A stretch of DNA of 64,000 nt, taken from Azolla caroliniana (Eukaryota > Plantae > Polypodiophyta). The first letter of the stretch is position 1, and every line of letters begins with the position of its first letter. Made by a program: the position numbers and the translations under genes. The DNA is taken from NCBI GenBank assembly GCA_043228905.1, contig JBHGNT010000014.1, positions 8,804,001 through 8,868,000 of the forward strand, read 5' to 3'. Of this stretch, positions 38,394-52,168 are shown one piece after another. The notes beneath the pieces are model-generated. The model was not told the DNA's origin, did not search any database, and saw only the letters and a program-made list of their open reading frames with translations.

Positions 38394-40655
38394 ATACACA
38401 ACTTTAAAGCATAGAAAATAGTGTACACAACTTTAACGTGGAAACCCTAAAGCGGGTGAAAACCACAGAGAACTGAGCTTCACTATACAGTGGATATACA
38501 ACAACGAGATCATAATACAACACTCTCTACACAGAGTGTAAACAGCCTCGAAGGCTTCTTGACGTATGTTGTTTTGATCATAACTATGGCGCTGCTAACT
38601 CACTCACGCTCCCTCACCCTATTTTCTCTTCTCTCTCACGCTACACAATAAAAGGCTCACACACACACACACACACACATGTTGTGTTTGCCCTAGGTGT
38701 ATTTATACTAATACACAGAATGAGCTATTTACAATCATGGCCATTATTATTATCCAATAATAATAATATAAGTCTTACTAATGAGTTGACTCATTCGTCA
38801 ATTGTTGGGTCGGTCCGACTAGTCGACCTGGTGATCGACCATCCAGTCGGCCCGACTAGCCGGTCGTGTCTTCGACCACGATCAACTCTCTCTGAGTCAA
38901 CTCCTCAACCGTCGGCTCTCATTCGATCAGTCAATTGCTCCTTGTCTTCGATTGTCGGCTCTTATCCAAGTAGTCGGCTCCTCCCATTGGAGGGACATAT
39001 TCCTAACACTTCCCTCTTACTCCTCCTAGCATCTTCCCGTCTTGCTCGTGCTCCTTGACTCGTCTGGTTCTGCGTCCCACCACCCATCTGGTTCCACGCA
39101 CCTCGACCCTTCCAGTCGGCTTGCCTACTCATAAGGCCCATCTCAGCTCCTTCGTTGCTGTGACTTCGGCACTTCTCGTCCCGTCGGTTCCTCCATGTCG
39201 TCATCGACTTCCGTTGCCCTCCCATCCATTTGGCCTTTTGTTGATTCGGCTCCTCCAAATCGAACTCCTGTTCTGAATCGGCTCCCTCCGATTCATTCCA
39301 GCTCTTGTCCGAATTGGCCATCTCCAATTCGTCTCTAGTCTTTAGGCCCTTTACCACATCAAACCATGTACGGATCTTGGCCTTCTTCTTCCGGTCAGCT
39401 CTGTCCTTCTTGACTTTGCCGTTGTCACCGCTTGTTCCAACTTCTCCGGATGTGCCGACTTCTTCAGTCGACTTGGCTTCCTTTCTCTTCTTGTCTCCTC
39501 TTGTTTCTATCTTTTCCTCCCTGTTTCCAATGTCTTTACCTGTTCTAATTCATGTTCCAATTCTCCCCCTCAAGTGCGACATGTCGAGATGTTGTAGCCC
39601 AAGCATCTCGGAAAAATGTTGCAACTTGTCCGATCCAAGTGGCTTGGTGAAGATGCCAACAACCTGCTAATCCGTTTGAACATACCTCAGTTCGACTTCA
39701 CCACTCAGGACCCACTTGCACACAAAGTGATAATGTAGTTCTATGGGCTTTGTGCGAGCATGGAAGACAGGGTTCTTGGCGAGTTGTGTTCTAGTAATGT
39801 TGTTGCAATAGATCGGGATCAAAGGCGGTAATTCGATCCGGAGGTCTTGTAGCAGCCGTCGAAGCCAAAAGGCTTCACAGGTGGAGATGATAGTGCTTCG
39901 ATACTCAGCCTTAGTGCTCGATAGAGCCACAAACAGCTGCTTTTTGCTGCTCCACGCAACAGCCGTGCTCCTGAGAGAGACCATGAAGCTGGATGTTGAC
40001 CAACAATCCGACGCATCACCGACCCATTCGGCATCCGTATAACTGACTAACTTTTCGGTTATACCATGTCGGTACAACAGTCCCCGATCCTTAGTACCGC
40101 TCACATATCACAATAGTCGATGCGTGCACTAAAGGTGCTCCACGGTTGGCCTCTGCATAAATTAGCTTATCAGATAGCTGATGTCGAGTTGGGTGATTGC
40201 TAAGTATATAAGGCTTCCGACAATTTTTCGGAACCGTTTTTCATTGCAGGCCGGTCTGGAGTCGGGACGTAGCTGGGGTGTTGAGACCGGTTGACAATCT
40301 GTCATACCGAACTTGTATAACATATTCAACACATGGTGTTACCAAGATAGCAATATGCCATCAAGGGTATGGATCACTTCGATCCCGAGGAAGTAATGAA
40401 GGTTCCCCAAGTGCTTCATTTCGAACGTGTCTGACATTTGGGACTTTACTTGGCCGATTTCAATGAGGTTGGGTTCGGTAACGACCAAGTTGTCAACATA
40501 CAACAAAATGCATACCGGACCATTCAGACCCTTCAGTATGAATAGCCGACTGTCGATTTGTTCATCTTCGACTAAAAACTAGGGGGCTAAATCATGTAGA
40601 CTTGTTCTTCAAGGTCGCCTTGCAGAAACACATTCTTCACATCCATTTGGTGAAC
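38394..40655 (-). mobile_element. Copia element 7, 3' part (RT/RNase H remnant, charged tail, PPT, 3' LTR)
   Basis: RNase H ORF 39667-40104, tail ORF 38962-39357, PPT 39009-39018, LTR starting at 39008. Confidence 0.82.
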
Positions 40656-43600
40656 CGAAACAGGAACCAGAATAGGTAAAGACACTAGAGACAGGGAGGA
40701 AAAGACAGAAACAAGAGGAGACAAGAAGAAAAAGGAAGACAGGTCGATTGAAGAAGTTGGCACATCTGGAAAAGTCGGAACAAGAGGCGACGATAATAGA
40801 GTCAAGAAGGACAGAGCCGATTGGAAGAAGAAGGCCAAGACCTAGACATGGTCTGATGTGGTGGTAAAGCGCCTAAAGACTGAAGACGAATTGGAGACAA
40901 CCAATTCGGACAAGAGCTGGAATAAATCAAAGGCAGATGATTCAGAAGAGGAGTTCGATTCAGCGGAATTGAATAAACAAAAGGCCAAACAGATGGGAGA
41001 GTAGCTGAAGTCGACGCCGACACGGAGGAACCAACGGGTCAAGAAGCGCCGAAGTCACAGCAACGAAGGAGCTGAGATGGGCCTTATGAGCAGGCAAGAC
41101 GGGTCGTGGAAAGCAGGACCAGATGGGTCAAGGAGCGCGAGCAAGGCGGGAAGAAGCCAGGAGGAGCCGGAGGGAAGGACCGACAGACATTGACATCACG
41201 ATCCGACCTCAAGATGAGCTTGAGGGGGAGTGTTGAGCGGACAAGCTCAACATGATCCGGATTGACTGAATAACCCAAGAGTCGTATCGGTATTGTTGAG
41301 ATACAAGCTCAATATTGGCCGGATGGATGCGTAAATTGGTGCGTGAATCGGTGCGCAACAAGAGGCCGGATTAGTGCGGAAACAAATATTCTGTGAGGGA
41401 ATATATTTTGGAGTTAGTGTAGGAGCTCAGTTATGAGCATTGAAGTACGTATCAATACTTATGTCAGTCCTTATGGACTTGTATAAAAGTGCTCCTTGAG
41501 CACATCCTATGTACAGAGTTTTATACATTATTTTTGAACTCAGTTGTTTCTGTGTGTTCTCTCCCTCTCTGTCTCTCCCGCGTACATTATGTCTTAAGCT
41601 CTCCATTAAACCTGTTTTTCTCTATTAGTATTTTGTGTTTCGTGTAGCTTTCGCATGCCACATTTTACATGGTATCAAAACGAGGTTTGAGAACCTCTGC
41701 AGCCGACTTCAGCTCGAAACACACAAAAAAAAAAAACCTAATCTCGGTGAAGAACAGAAAGAAAAAACTGGATAGAGGTATGGCTAGTTCGCATCCAACT
41801 GAGAAGCTCGATAGAAATAACTACGCATTTTGGTCATACAAGATGCACCAGTACATGCTCGGACATGGATACTGGAGCTATGTCGATGGAGCGGATGATG
41901 CAGCACCCGAATCGACACATAGAGACTTCCTAGCCTAGGAATAGCCGGCGAGCAGAGTTCTCTATTGCTTCGCGTCCTGTGTGAATTAATAGCTCTTGAG
42001 CTACATTCGGGATGCAAGAACGCCGAAGGATGCTTGGGGAAATCTGAGAAAGATTTTCGCCGCAAGCACAACAGCCAGGAAGCTCGAACTCCGACAGGAG
42101 TTGAGCAATGTGCGCCAACGCAACATGATGGTGGCTGATTACACCTCCAAGATAAAGGATATCTGCGACTCCCTCGCCTCTATCGATGTGAATGTTGAGG
42201 AGGGCGAAATGGTGCAAATCTGCCTCGGAGGATTGGCGTCGAAGTTCAGAGCATTCTGAACTGCTATTTGTACAATGGAGAATACGTTGTCGTTTTTGGA
42301 CTTGGAGTCGATGCTCCTTGTAGAGGAGAATCACGCGGGTGCGTCGATGAGTACACACGATGACAACAAGATGTTGTATACGGAGGGAAATAGTCCCCGT
42401 GGTCGTGGCGGACGAGGCAAGTCGGCAGACAATGGAGGTGGCCGATGGGAGCAAGGAAGAAGGCATCGTGGTGATGCAGACAGTAATTCCGGACCCTCAA
42501 GAAGTAGGGGGAATCGAGGAGGCGATGAGAACCGGCAAGGGAAACACACCACGGAATGTTGGTATTGTGGCAAGAAAGGCCACAAGGAGAGCGAGTGTTG
42601 GAAGAAGCGCGCCGATGAGGAGAAAACTAGATCCGGATCCGGACCGACCGAACAAGGAAATCAGCAGCGGATGCACTACGCCGAAGGATCCGAAAAATTT
42701 GGAAAGGAGGTAGCCTTCGTGACAAGACACAAAGCGAACTCGATGAAGAAGACCACCCCGAAATCTGACTAAGTGTGGTACATTAACTCCAAAGCGTCAA
42801 AACATATGACGAACCATAAAGAGTGGTTCTCATATCTGGAAAAACCGGAACAACTGGGAGTAGTTGCAACAGGAGACGACACTCCGCATCCGATCATACA
42901 TGTTGGTGAAGCTCCCCTCAGCCACGTTGGGTAAAAAGGGAAGCTAATGAACGTGTTACATGTCCTAACAATTACGAAGAATCTGGTGTCAGTCGGACAA
43001 ATCGTCAACCAGGGGATGCAAGTCCGGTTTACGCATCTCGGGTGCTTCATTAAGGAAGAAGGCCAAGTTATTGCGCAAGGGCGCAGAGATGGGAGGATGT
43101 TCATCCTTGACATCAATGACGTAGGCACCGCCATGTTCATGAAAGGGCAAAAAGTCGAGTCGGATATTGACTTGTGGCATAAGCGGATAGGCCACGTCAA
43201 CTACCAAAGGCTTCAGGACCTGCAGTCGAAACAAGTTGTGTTCGGATTACCGAAATTCAGTGGTCGAAAGGCCCAAATTTGTGAAGCCTGCCAACTAGGG
43301 ACGCAACACCGACTTCCTTTCCCCAATGAGCGTAATCGGAGCCGAAATAAGCTCGACTTGATACATTCAGATGTATGGGGATCGGCACAAAATGTGAGTC
43401 TTGGCGGGAGTTGATATTTCGTCTCCTTCATCGACGACTACACTCGACACACATGGATCTACCTCATCGAAAAGAAGAGTGAAGTCTTTGACTGTTTCCA
43501 AAACCTCAAAAAATCTTGTTGAAAGGGAAACAGCGAGGAAGATCAAGTGCTTGCGGTCAGATGGCGGAAAAGAGTACTTTTCTGGCCAATTCAACCGTTA

Positions 43601-45018
43601 TCTGCAACGAATGGGATTTCGGCGCGAATTAAGTGGTAGGTATACACAAAAGCAAAACGGCTTAGCCGAAAGGAAGAATCGGTCGGTTGTGGATGCGGCA
43701 TGGGCAATGATGGAAGAAGCTCAAGTTCTATTGGGCCGAAGCGGTCAGAACTGCGGTTTACATCCAGAATCGGATCGGCGAAAAAGGTTTAGCACATGAG
43801 CTGTATTTCGGAAGGAAGCTGAATCTACGACACTTGAGGGTTTTCAGTAGCATCGCATATGTGCATGTGCCGAAGGAGAAGCGGAGGAAGCTGGACGCAT
43901 AAACCAAGAACTATATCTTGGTCGGCTACTTGGACGAATAGAAGGGTTATAAGTGTTATAACCCCCGAACCAAACAAGCTCGCGTAAGTCGCGATGTCGT
44001 GTTCGATGAGTCTACGTCTTGGTATTTGCCTCCGACACCAAACCTCAGCTCCAATCCGAGTTCTGAAGATGAGGTCAACGAGGTTGAGATGCCTCCTGAT
44101 GAACGCGAAGTCGGAACTCTTGAAGAGAGTCTGATCTCATTTCGGCTCAGTTGACCAAATGAGCGACTGAGTCGGTTGACCAGTGAGATGAAGAGCTGGC
44201 AAGTAGTGGAGACTCGGCAGTGCATTCCCCGCACAGGAAACCGAAGAGACGGCTTACGCGCAAAGAAAAGGGAAAGAAGAAGATGTCCGAGTATGGCACA
44301 GATAGGGACGAGTCGGATCGACACGAATCCGACACCGAGAAGAGCGATGATTGGCCTTCAAGAGCGAAGTCCGCGTTGGCCAAAACGGCCTCAACATCAG
44401 CTAATGCGCAATTATGCCGATCTACCCGCTAGAAGAACCCTGTTGTGCGGTTCAGATACAACGAGTACATGGCGCATCACTATCCGTACATGACACGCAT
44501 AGCGGAAGTGCGTGAACCAGAGAGCTACGCAAAAGTGGCAAAGGACGTTGTCGTGAAGATCCGTCACTACGCGCGGATCGTGAGGCGGAACCGCCGGGGT
44601 TCTGGACCGGAAGGATTCAAAGTCGGTACAAGCTTTGGCGCAAGCTTTAGCGAGAAAATACTTAAGATAGATTGGGAAAGAGAGAAGTTGAGATTACACG
44701 ATTGAGAGAGATTGATTGAACTTTTAACTTTAGATTTAAGAAACAAGTTACACGATCAATTTGATAACAAATTTCTTCCTCTTAATTTTCATAAAAAGAA
44801 AAAACGTGTTTTTTCTCCTCCCCCTTCCTTCTTTTATAGATGCTCTCATGCATATGATGCATGTGAGGGTACAAGACATGCATAAATTGCATGTTTGCCA
44901 TTTGGCACTTATGTATTACATGTGGTGCATGATAACCATGTCACTCATTTTAGCTCTCATGTATGAGAATTTACATGTAAAAGTACAATGATAGAAATAT
45001 AAATTCAACTAAATAGCA

Positions 45019-45072
45019 TGGCTTAATGGTAAGCCAGTTGATTCTAAACTTTGAGGTGCAAGGTTCAAATCC
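45019..45072 (+). promoter_or_regulatory. tRNA-type Pol III A/B boxes inside the gypsy A LTR
   Basis: A box TGGCTTAATGG (45019-45029) and B box GGTTCAAATCC (45062-45072), followed by an AT-rich tail. Confidence 0.6.
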
Positions 45073-46550
45073 TTCCTTGCCCTCCTTGTATATGTATATA
45101 TATTTATGTATTTATTTATTTAGTCGCCTGACGCCGGTTCGTCGGATGCCGTCGCCGGATATCGGTGCCGCCGCCTCGCTTTCGCAGGATGCCGTCGAAT
45201 CACCGGCTCCATCGCCGGTCCGGTTTTGGTTGGCCAAAACTAGCCCACCTCCACTCTTAGTTCAAGTTACCTTGAACTCTCTATGCTCCACACATAGACA
45301 CAAAGATAATATCTTTTGCTCCACCTTATATATGATGAGAGCCATATTTGTCGTGCCTATGTGGGATATCTCACAATTTTCTCTTTTCCTTTCACAAACT
45401 TTATACCCTCATATCTTGACATTTAGTTGTCCGTTTCTCGTGTAATAAAGTGCATTCAAAACCTCCATCATTTTATACTTAGATATTAAATTTATTTAAA
45501 ATGTTATCTTCACAATTATTGTATTATGTGATTTATACTCGATTTTGTACGTTTTATGAGATTTTCACACTATTGCCGAAAATCTTCACGACATCCACCC
45601 CCACCAAACCGCATGTCCTCCGGTACGTGCCAAGAAGAGAGAAAGTGAGATTTCGGCTACGATGATCAATTAGATTCCTCCATGTCTTCATTTTCATCCG
45701 CCTTGTTATGTTCATCGTCAAGGTAATCGAGGTCAAGATCCTTGTCTTCTCTTTTCTTGAAAATCTTTATTCTTTTTCCCGCAATGGGTACGGCCAACCT
45801 TGATCCGTCTAGTTTCGCAAGGTGGTATGTGGCATTATCGTTGGGGCTTGTCACCACATAAGGTGTCGAGATTTTCCTCGCGGATGCGTGGAATGAGGCG
45901 AGACCTCGGGGGTCCTGTACCAAAGAGCAAGAGAGAAAGGAGAAGATGCCCACTACGTGTGAGAGTAGATTCACAGGGACACGGCCCTTCGACACAAAGA
46001 CGCGAGTGGGACAACGACACAGGGAGACACAAACGTATGTATGTATTAACAAAGACAAACAACACAACACGGAGTCGGTTACAACCGAACAGGCCGGCGA
46101 ACAGATGTCGATACCTGTTCGTAAACGCACAGAAAGGAAGGAGTAGGTTGGAGGTGCTGCCGAAAGCACTCGGGCATTCCTCAGAGCAGCGCGAGCCTCC
46201 CGAAATCTGCACAGAAGGAAGCTGTGGCGTTTGCGAACCAGAGAGAGAGAGAGAGAGACCTTCGCCCACGAACCGATAGCACTTCGTCCTCAACTCTCCG
46301 CGATCCCATCCCCCTTCTCGTCTCCCTCCTTTTATAGGCAAGGAAGGAGCCGTTTCCCCTTTACTTCCTACCCACTAAATCTACCTGCCTAGGATCTTCT
46401 AAGGACAACATTCGAGAAGAGCCGGTTCCTACACTCCTGTGCACCGATTCCGCTTGTGGAAGGTTTTCTTCACGACATCCGCCCCCACCTAACCGCGCAT
46501 CCACCGGCATGCGCCAAATCGAGTTGGGACGGAGAAAACCTGTCCAGCCT

Positions 46551-49500
46551 TCATTCCCCGCCCGTCGGTTCTTCCTCGGTTTCGGATCGTTCGTCGTTGC
46601 GGTCCAGGTCAACCGGATCCGGCTCGTCGTTGTGACGCTTCTTGAACGCTTTGATCCACTTCCCCGCTACCGGTATCGCCATTCTCGTACCGTTGAGTTC
46701 CGCCAGATGGTACGTCCCGTTGTCGTTGGCGCTTTGTACCACGTAAGGCCCGAACCACCTTCTTGCGAACTTTCGTGTCGTTCGGTGCTGGTTGTCAAGG
46801 CTGCTGTCGTAGACTAGCACCCAGTCGCCTTCCTTGATCTTCTTCGGTCGGAGCCGGTGCGTTCGGTCGAACCGGGCTTTGTTCCTCATCCTTGCTTCCC
46901 GAAGCTTTTCCGCAGCCTGCTCCACGTCCTCCGGTCTTCGCTCGAGTTGTCGTATACGCGCCGCCAGCAGTTCCTCCCGACTCATCTCGTCTCTCCAGTA
47001 CACGGTTGCCCACGAGGAGATCGTGCGTTCCATCGGCATGACCGGCTTCTGCCCAAACATGAGTTCTGCCGGCATGAATCTAGTTACCGAACTATGCATA
47101 GTTCGGTCCGCCCAAAACGCGTAAGGCAGCAGCCGCGGCCAGTTCCCGACTTGACCTCCGCATGCCCAAACTAACGCCTTGATGATCGGTCCGTGCCCGC
47201 GCTCCACCTTTCCATTCGCCTCCGGATTGTACGCAGTGGTAAGCGAGAGCTTGACTCCTAGCCGGTCGAACAGCTCCTCGGCCTCTTCGGCGTCCAACTC
47301 CCCGCTGTCAGCCACGATCTTCCCGACGCACCCGTACCGGCATATCACGTCCTCGACCAGGAACCGACATACGGCCGCGGTTGTTTTGTTCTGAAGGGCT
47401 CGGCCTTCCACCTGGTTCGTCAGATCTTCTCGAGCCAGGACCAGATACCGCATCTGTCCTACGCCCATCGGCATCGTCACCAGATCTACCATCCATTTGA
47501 AGTGGACGGTCGGAGGGTACGTAGGGTGAAGCTCGTCCCGATGTCGAACTATGGAGTGCATCTGGCAGCTCTCGCAAGTTGCCACGAACCGATGCACGTC
47601 TCGGTACAGTCCCGGCCACCAGTACTTCGCCTTTATCTTCTCGAACGTGGCCCACGTTCCACGGTGACCAGCCCAAGGGCTGTCGTGGTAAGCCGTCAGC
47701 AGCTCCTCCTGTTCTTCCTTCATCGCCACCACTCGGAGCGAGACGTCGTTCCTCTTCTTCGGGTGCTTCCATAAGTATCCGTCCCGGAGAAAGAATCGGT
47801 AAGCTTTCTTCCGGACCCGGTTAGCTTCGTCCTTCGTCCATGACGCATCCGACGTCATTGTCCTCAGAAACCCACCGATCTGCAGCCACTCGCCGTCGTA
47901 CTTGCTCTCGTCGAAGCCGTTAAGTGTCGTAGTGCTCGCCCCATCGGTCGTCACGTACGCTGCCTCGAAGAAGTCCACGCCGACTTCTTCGTCCTCCGAA
48001 ACCATGCCGCCCTCGTCATCAAACCTCGCCCTCGAAAGCATGTCGGCCATGGCGTTGTCCTTTCCGGAAATGTGCCGTATTTCCGGGTCCAGGGACTTGA
48101 TGTACGCTATCCACCGGAGCATCGCCAGGTCCGGTGTCGCGCATCCAGAAACCATGCCGAGAATCGGCAGGCAATCCGTCTCGATAACCACTTCTGTCCC
48201 GATCAGGTAGTCTTTGTCGGCCTTTACTGCCGAAACGATACCCCAGAGTTCGCGTTTAACCTGGGCGTACCCTCGCTGTCGTTCACTGAGGACCTTCGCG
48301 CCGAATCCGATCGGGAACCGAATGCCGTTCTTGTCCTCTTGGTTGACGACCCATCTGATCCCGGTCGGACTCGTATCCACTGTTATGTATACCGGGGTAC
48401 CCTTCCCGTAGACAGCCTTCCGGAGCGCCGGTGCTGCCGCAAGAGCTTCCTTCAGCTTCCGGACCGACTCCGTGTGCTCGTCTCGCCACTCGAATTTTCG
48501 CCCTTTCTTCAGCAACCCGTATAGCGGCTCCGCAACATGGGCGTAATGCGGGATCCATATGTGGTAGAATGCGCATGCCCCCAGGAACCTCTGAACTTCC
48601 GTAACCGAGCTATAGTCGGTCTTCATCACGGAGATGGCTTCTACTTTTGCCGGAGACGGCTTCCGGCCATATGGTCCACATAGGTGTCCGACCACCAGGA
48701 TTTCCGATTGCCCGAAGGCCGATTTCTCCCCGGAGAAGGTGAGCCTCGCATCCTCTAGCCTTTGTAGCACCTTCTCGCAGTCGTCGATGTGTGTTGCCAC
48801 GAATCGCCGGCATCTGTCCGGTCCGAGTGTTGCGTCCCTCTCTTCTACCGGGCACCCCTTGATCGGAATGTCATCTAGAAATGGCATGGTGATGTTCGGG
48901 ATGCAATCCTTCAGTACCTTGTTCATTGCATTCACCATGTGGGCCACCGAGTTGGTCCCTCCTTGTGGCAGGGTACACATTCGCACTAGGCCGAGGGGAG
49001 TTCGCATCGTCGTAATGTCTCTGCTCTCCACGGCTAGCTGGAACTGGTCGTACCCCGAGTATAGATCACCGACCGAGTAAATCGACCTTCCGGCGAAGGC
49101 CTCTGCGAACTCGTCTATGGTCGGTCCGATTCCTGCGTTCCGAATGGTCACTCTGTTGACCGGCTACAGGTCCTGAATGAAGCGCAATGTTCCGTTTTTC
49201 TTTGGTACGGTAAACCATCGGTTCGAGTATGGTGCGCTCGACGGTTCGAGAATACCCATATCGACTTTCTGCCTCAGTAGCTCCATCAACTCCGGGATGT
49301 GAGCTCTTGGTACCGGAATCGGCTTGAGATTCCACGGCACATGCGGTACCGTGAATATCACCATCGGCTCCATGATTGTCGGGTCTACGCACCCGATCTC
49401 TTCCGGCAAGAATGCGAAGGCTTTCCCATGCCTTCCGAGCATTCTCCGAAACCGGTCTTCCTCCGCCGGCAGTAGGAACCTGCCCCCACCGATCTTGAGC

Positions 49501-52130
49501 TCCCGGAGCGTCCCGTCGGTGAAAGTGTGGCCTATGCAGGCCGGATCTCGTAAACTGGGGTCCGACGCAACCCCTCTGATTCGGGACTCGCTGCCCTCCG
49601 GCAAGGGTGCCGCGACTGGCCTTACCTTCCGGTCCACAGTCTTGTATTTCGTGCTAACTCGGGCCGTCCGATCCGACCCGAGCCCCCGACTGAAGTTCGC
49701 GATGACTTCGTACATCTCTAAGGCCTCGCTAAGGCCTTCCCCGGCTACCTTCCTCAGCATTCCCAAGGTGTCGTCGAAGGAGACCGCCTCCACGGCTCCG
49801 TTGATTTCCTCGTCCGGGCCGAGAACTCTGCACGCTCGAAGTCGCACTTCCGCCCTTGTCTTTTCTCGGCCAACGATGCCGACTATCATCCACCCTCCGT
49901 TGTTGGAGAAGCAAAACTTCCTACCTATCATACAGGGTTCCTTCGGTTTCGGTTCTATCGTACAGTCGTGGGGTTTTTCCCGAGTGTCCGGGCTGTCCTC
50001 TCTAAAAATCCTCCCGGTTCTCGCCACCGAGGGCTTCCCGGTTTCTCTCGTGGTTTGACCGCACCGTCAGAAATTGAACCGAATGGCGCCCGTCCTGGCT
50101 TTTGACCCTCGCGTAGGCCGAACCGTTGTCCAGCACCTTGGTCTCCATTCGTGCCGTTATGATGTACGGTTCCCCTAATATGATCGGATGCGAGGACGTC
50201 TCCTGCACGAAGAAGTGCTGGTCAATCTCGACGTCGCCGATCTTGACACGCACGTTCGGACAGGCCCCGTGCAGTTCCTCGGTGGCGCGCGTCGCCGCCC
50301 GGATTTTCCACCCGTGCTTGGTGTTGATCGGCCACTTTCCCTTCTTATAGAAGTTCATGGACATCAGGTTTATTTCCGAACCGTGGTCCACCAGTGCCAC
50401 CACCGGTTCCTGAACATCTCCGATCTTTACTGGGGTCTCCGTGGTTGCTCGGGCCTAGTGTGGCCTCGAATAGTGGCTCTCCGCCCACTCGTCTACCAGC
50501 GTCGAGTCGTCGATGTGCGTCGTCCGCACCTCCACTGGTCTCTCCGGTTCTGTCTCCGTCGACAGCCTCTTCCATTTCACCAAGTCCACAATGGAGTCGT
50601 GGAACTCCTTCTTGGCGATCCCTAGCACCTCTCGTAATGACAGCTCCACTTTGTTGTCGAGGATCCGTTCTTCTAGGACCTTTCGTAGGTCCGTGGTCCT
50701 TTCTATTTCCGTCCCCAGTCGGTATCCGCCCTTCCTGGGGTTATCTTGCGAGCTGGACCCACCGGCATCGTTCCGTCGTTGCCCGAATCGGGTCTCGTAC
50801 CGTTGTGAGGGCCCGGCCGCTCCGGCTTTCCCCACTCGTTTGTCTTCTACCAGAGCCTCGTAGTTCCGGTAGGCGGCTTCTACGAAGCCCGTCTTTTCCT
50901 CGACCGAATCGCTCCACCCGGTTATTTCCCGGACCCATCTCTCAGCGCGGTCCGTTTCGTCTTTCCTTAGCCGTGCGCCGGCAAGACCTTCCAGCATTGC
51001 CGACCAGAATCCGTCTTTGCCCTCCTTTCGGGCCTCGCTGCCCCCGACCCGAATGTCGGCTGACGCCGAGTAGTGGATGGCCTCCACGTGTCGGGCTGCC
51101 ACCTCTTCCATTAGTCTCTTCATTCCTCCTCGCCCGTCGTTTCGGTTCAGGGCCCTCCTGGTGTCGCCGGCGTGCACCCGGCCTTCCCACAGGTACACCA
51201 CCCGGTTCCTCAATGCTTCTGCGAAATCGCCGCAGTCCTTCCGGATGTGGCCGACCTCGTCGCACCACATGCACCTGTTCCCTGTTGCCGGCCGTCGGTC
51301 ACGAGCCGGTTCGCCGCCTTCCCTTCGAGTCTGGGCGATCTGGAGATCCTTTATCGCTCGCGTCAACTCGTCCAGCGCTGCTCCTCCGGACGAGCCATTG
51401 ACCATGCCGGTCGAAGCCAGACTGGTTTCGAGCCATTCCCGGGTCTCTTCCCTTCGCACTTGCGGTGCCGGTTCAAGCCTCCTTGCTGTGACAGAGCCCG
51501 CACCGGCCGCCCCGTTGTCAGCCCATTCTCGCCGTTTATCGAAATGGCCACAGACTCTCTTAACCGCAGCCCAGTCGGTTGTCAGCCCGTTCTCGGTTTA
51601 CAGCAAGGAGCCGACTTGGTCCCGGTCCCGCTCGTCCACCGACTTGACGAACAGTAGGACCCGGCTCGTATCCAGAACGGTTCGGTCAAGCGTCGAAAGG
51701 CGCGAAAAGCGTTCTTCGAACTCCCGGAGGAGTGCCGTCGCGTTTCTTCCCTTGCCGGGGAACTCCACCCATTCCATGAAGTCCTGTTTCGAAAGCCGGA
51801 GCGCGTCGTCCAGCCCGTATTTTTCTAGGAGTCGGCCTTCGAACTCCTCCCAGGTACGGCTCTCCGCCCGCACCTCGAGCACCTCCGCATGGATGCTCGG
51901 CATCGCCACTCGAGGAAACCCGGCAAGACGCCTCTCTTCCAGAATGTCCCGCATCAGCATTTCTGCCCCGTAGGACGCCCAATACTTCGTGGCATCCTTT
52001 CCAATGAACCGGCCAATCGTACCGACGACCGCCTCAATGCCTCTGTCGAGGGCGCCGGTGCCATCGCGTGCACTCAATATCCGATCCACGGCCGAAGCCA
52101 TGACCTTTGCAAGATCCGACCCTTTCATCT
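46551..52130 (-). pseudogene. Gypsy B gag-pol (several stops/frameshifts)
   Basis: ORFs 51598-52130, 50455-51459, 50002-50403, 49164-50027 and 46551-49151 in the order gag, PR, RT, RH, IN. Confidence 0.92.
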
Positions 52131-52150
52131 TCTGCTCTTCTGCCGCCTCC

Positions 52151-52168
52151 TTCACGTCGGGTTCACCA
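52151..52168 (-). promoter_or_regulatory. Primer binding site complementary to tRNA-Trp
   Basis: TGGTGAACCCGACGTGAA, 4 nt from the 5' LTR; matches the 3' end of plant cytosolic tRNA-Trp (..TTCACGTCGGGTTCA-CCA) as I recall it. Confidence 0.8.

Noticed and set aside
41231-41669. Single LTR shared by tandem copia elements
   Set aside because: Comparison with the 55148 LTR shows element 8 starts at 41294 with flanks GGTAT/GGTGT, so it is a nested insertion.
45012-45082. Functional tRNA gene (also 57394-57464)
   Set aside because: The acceptor and anticodon stems do not pair properly; only the A/B boxes remain.
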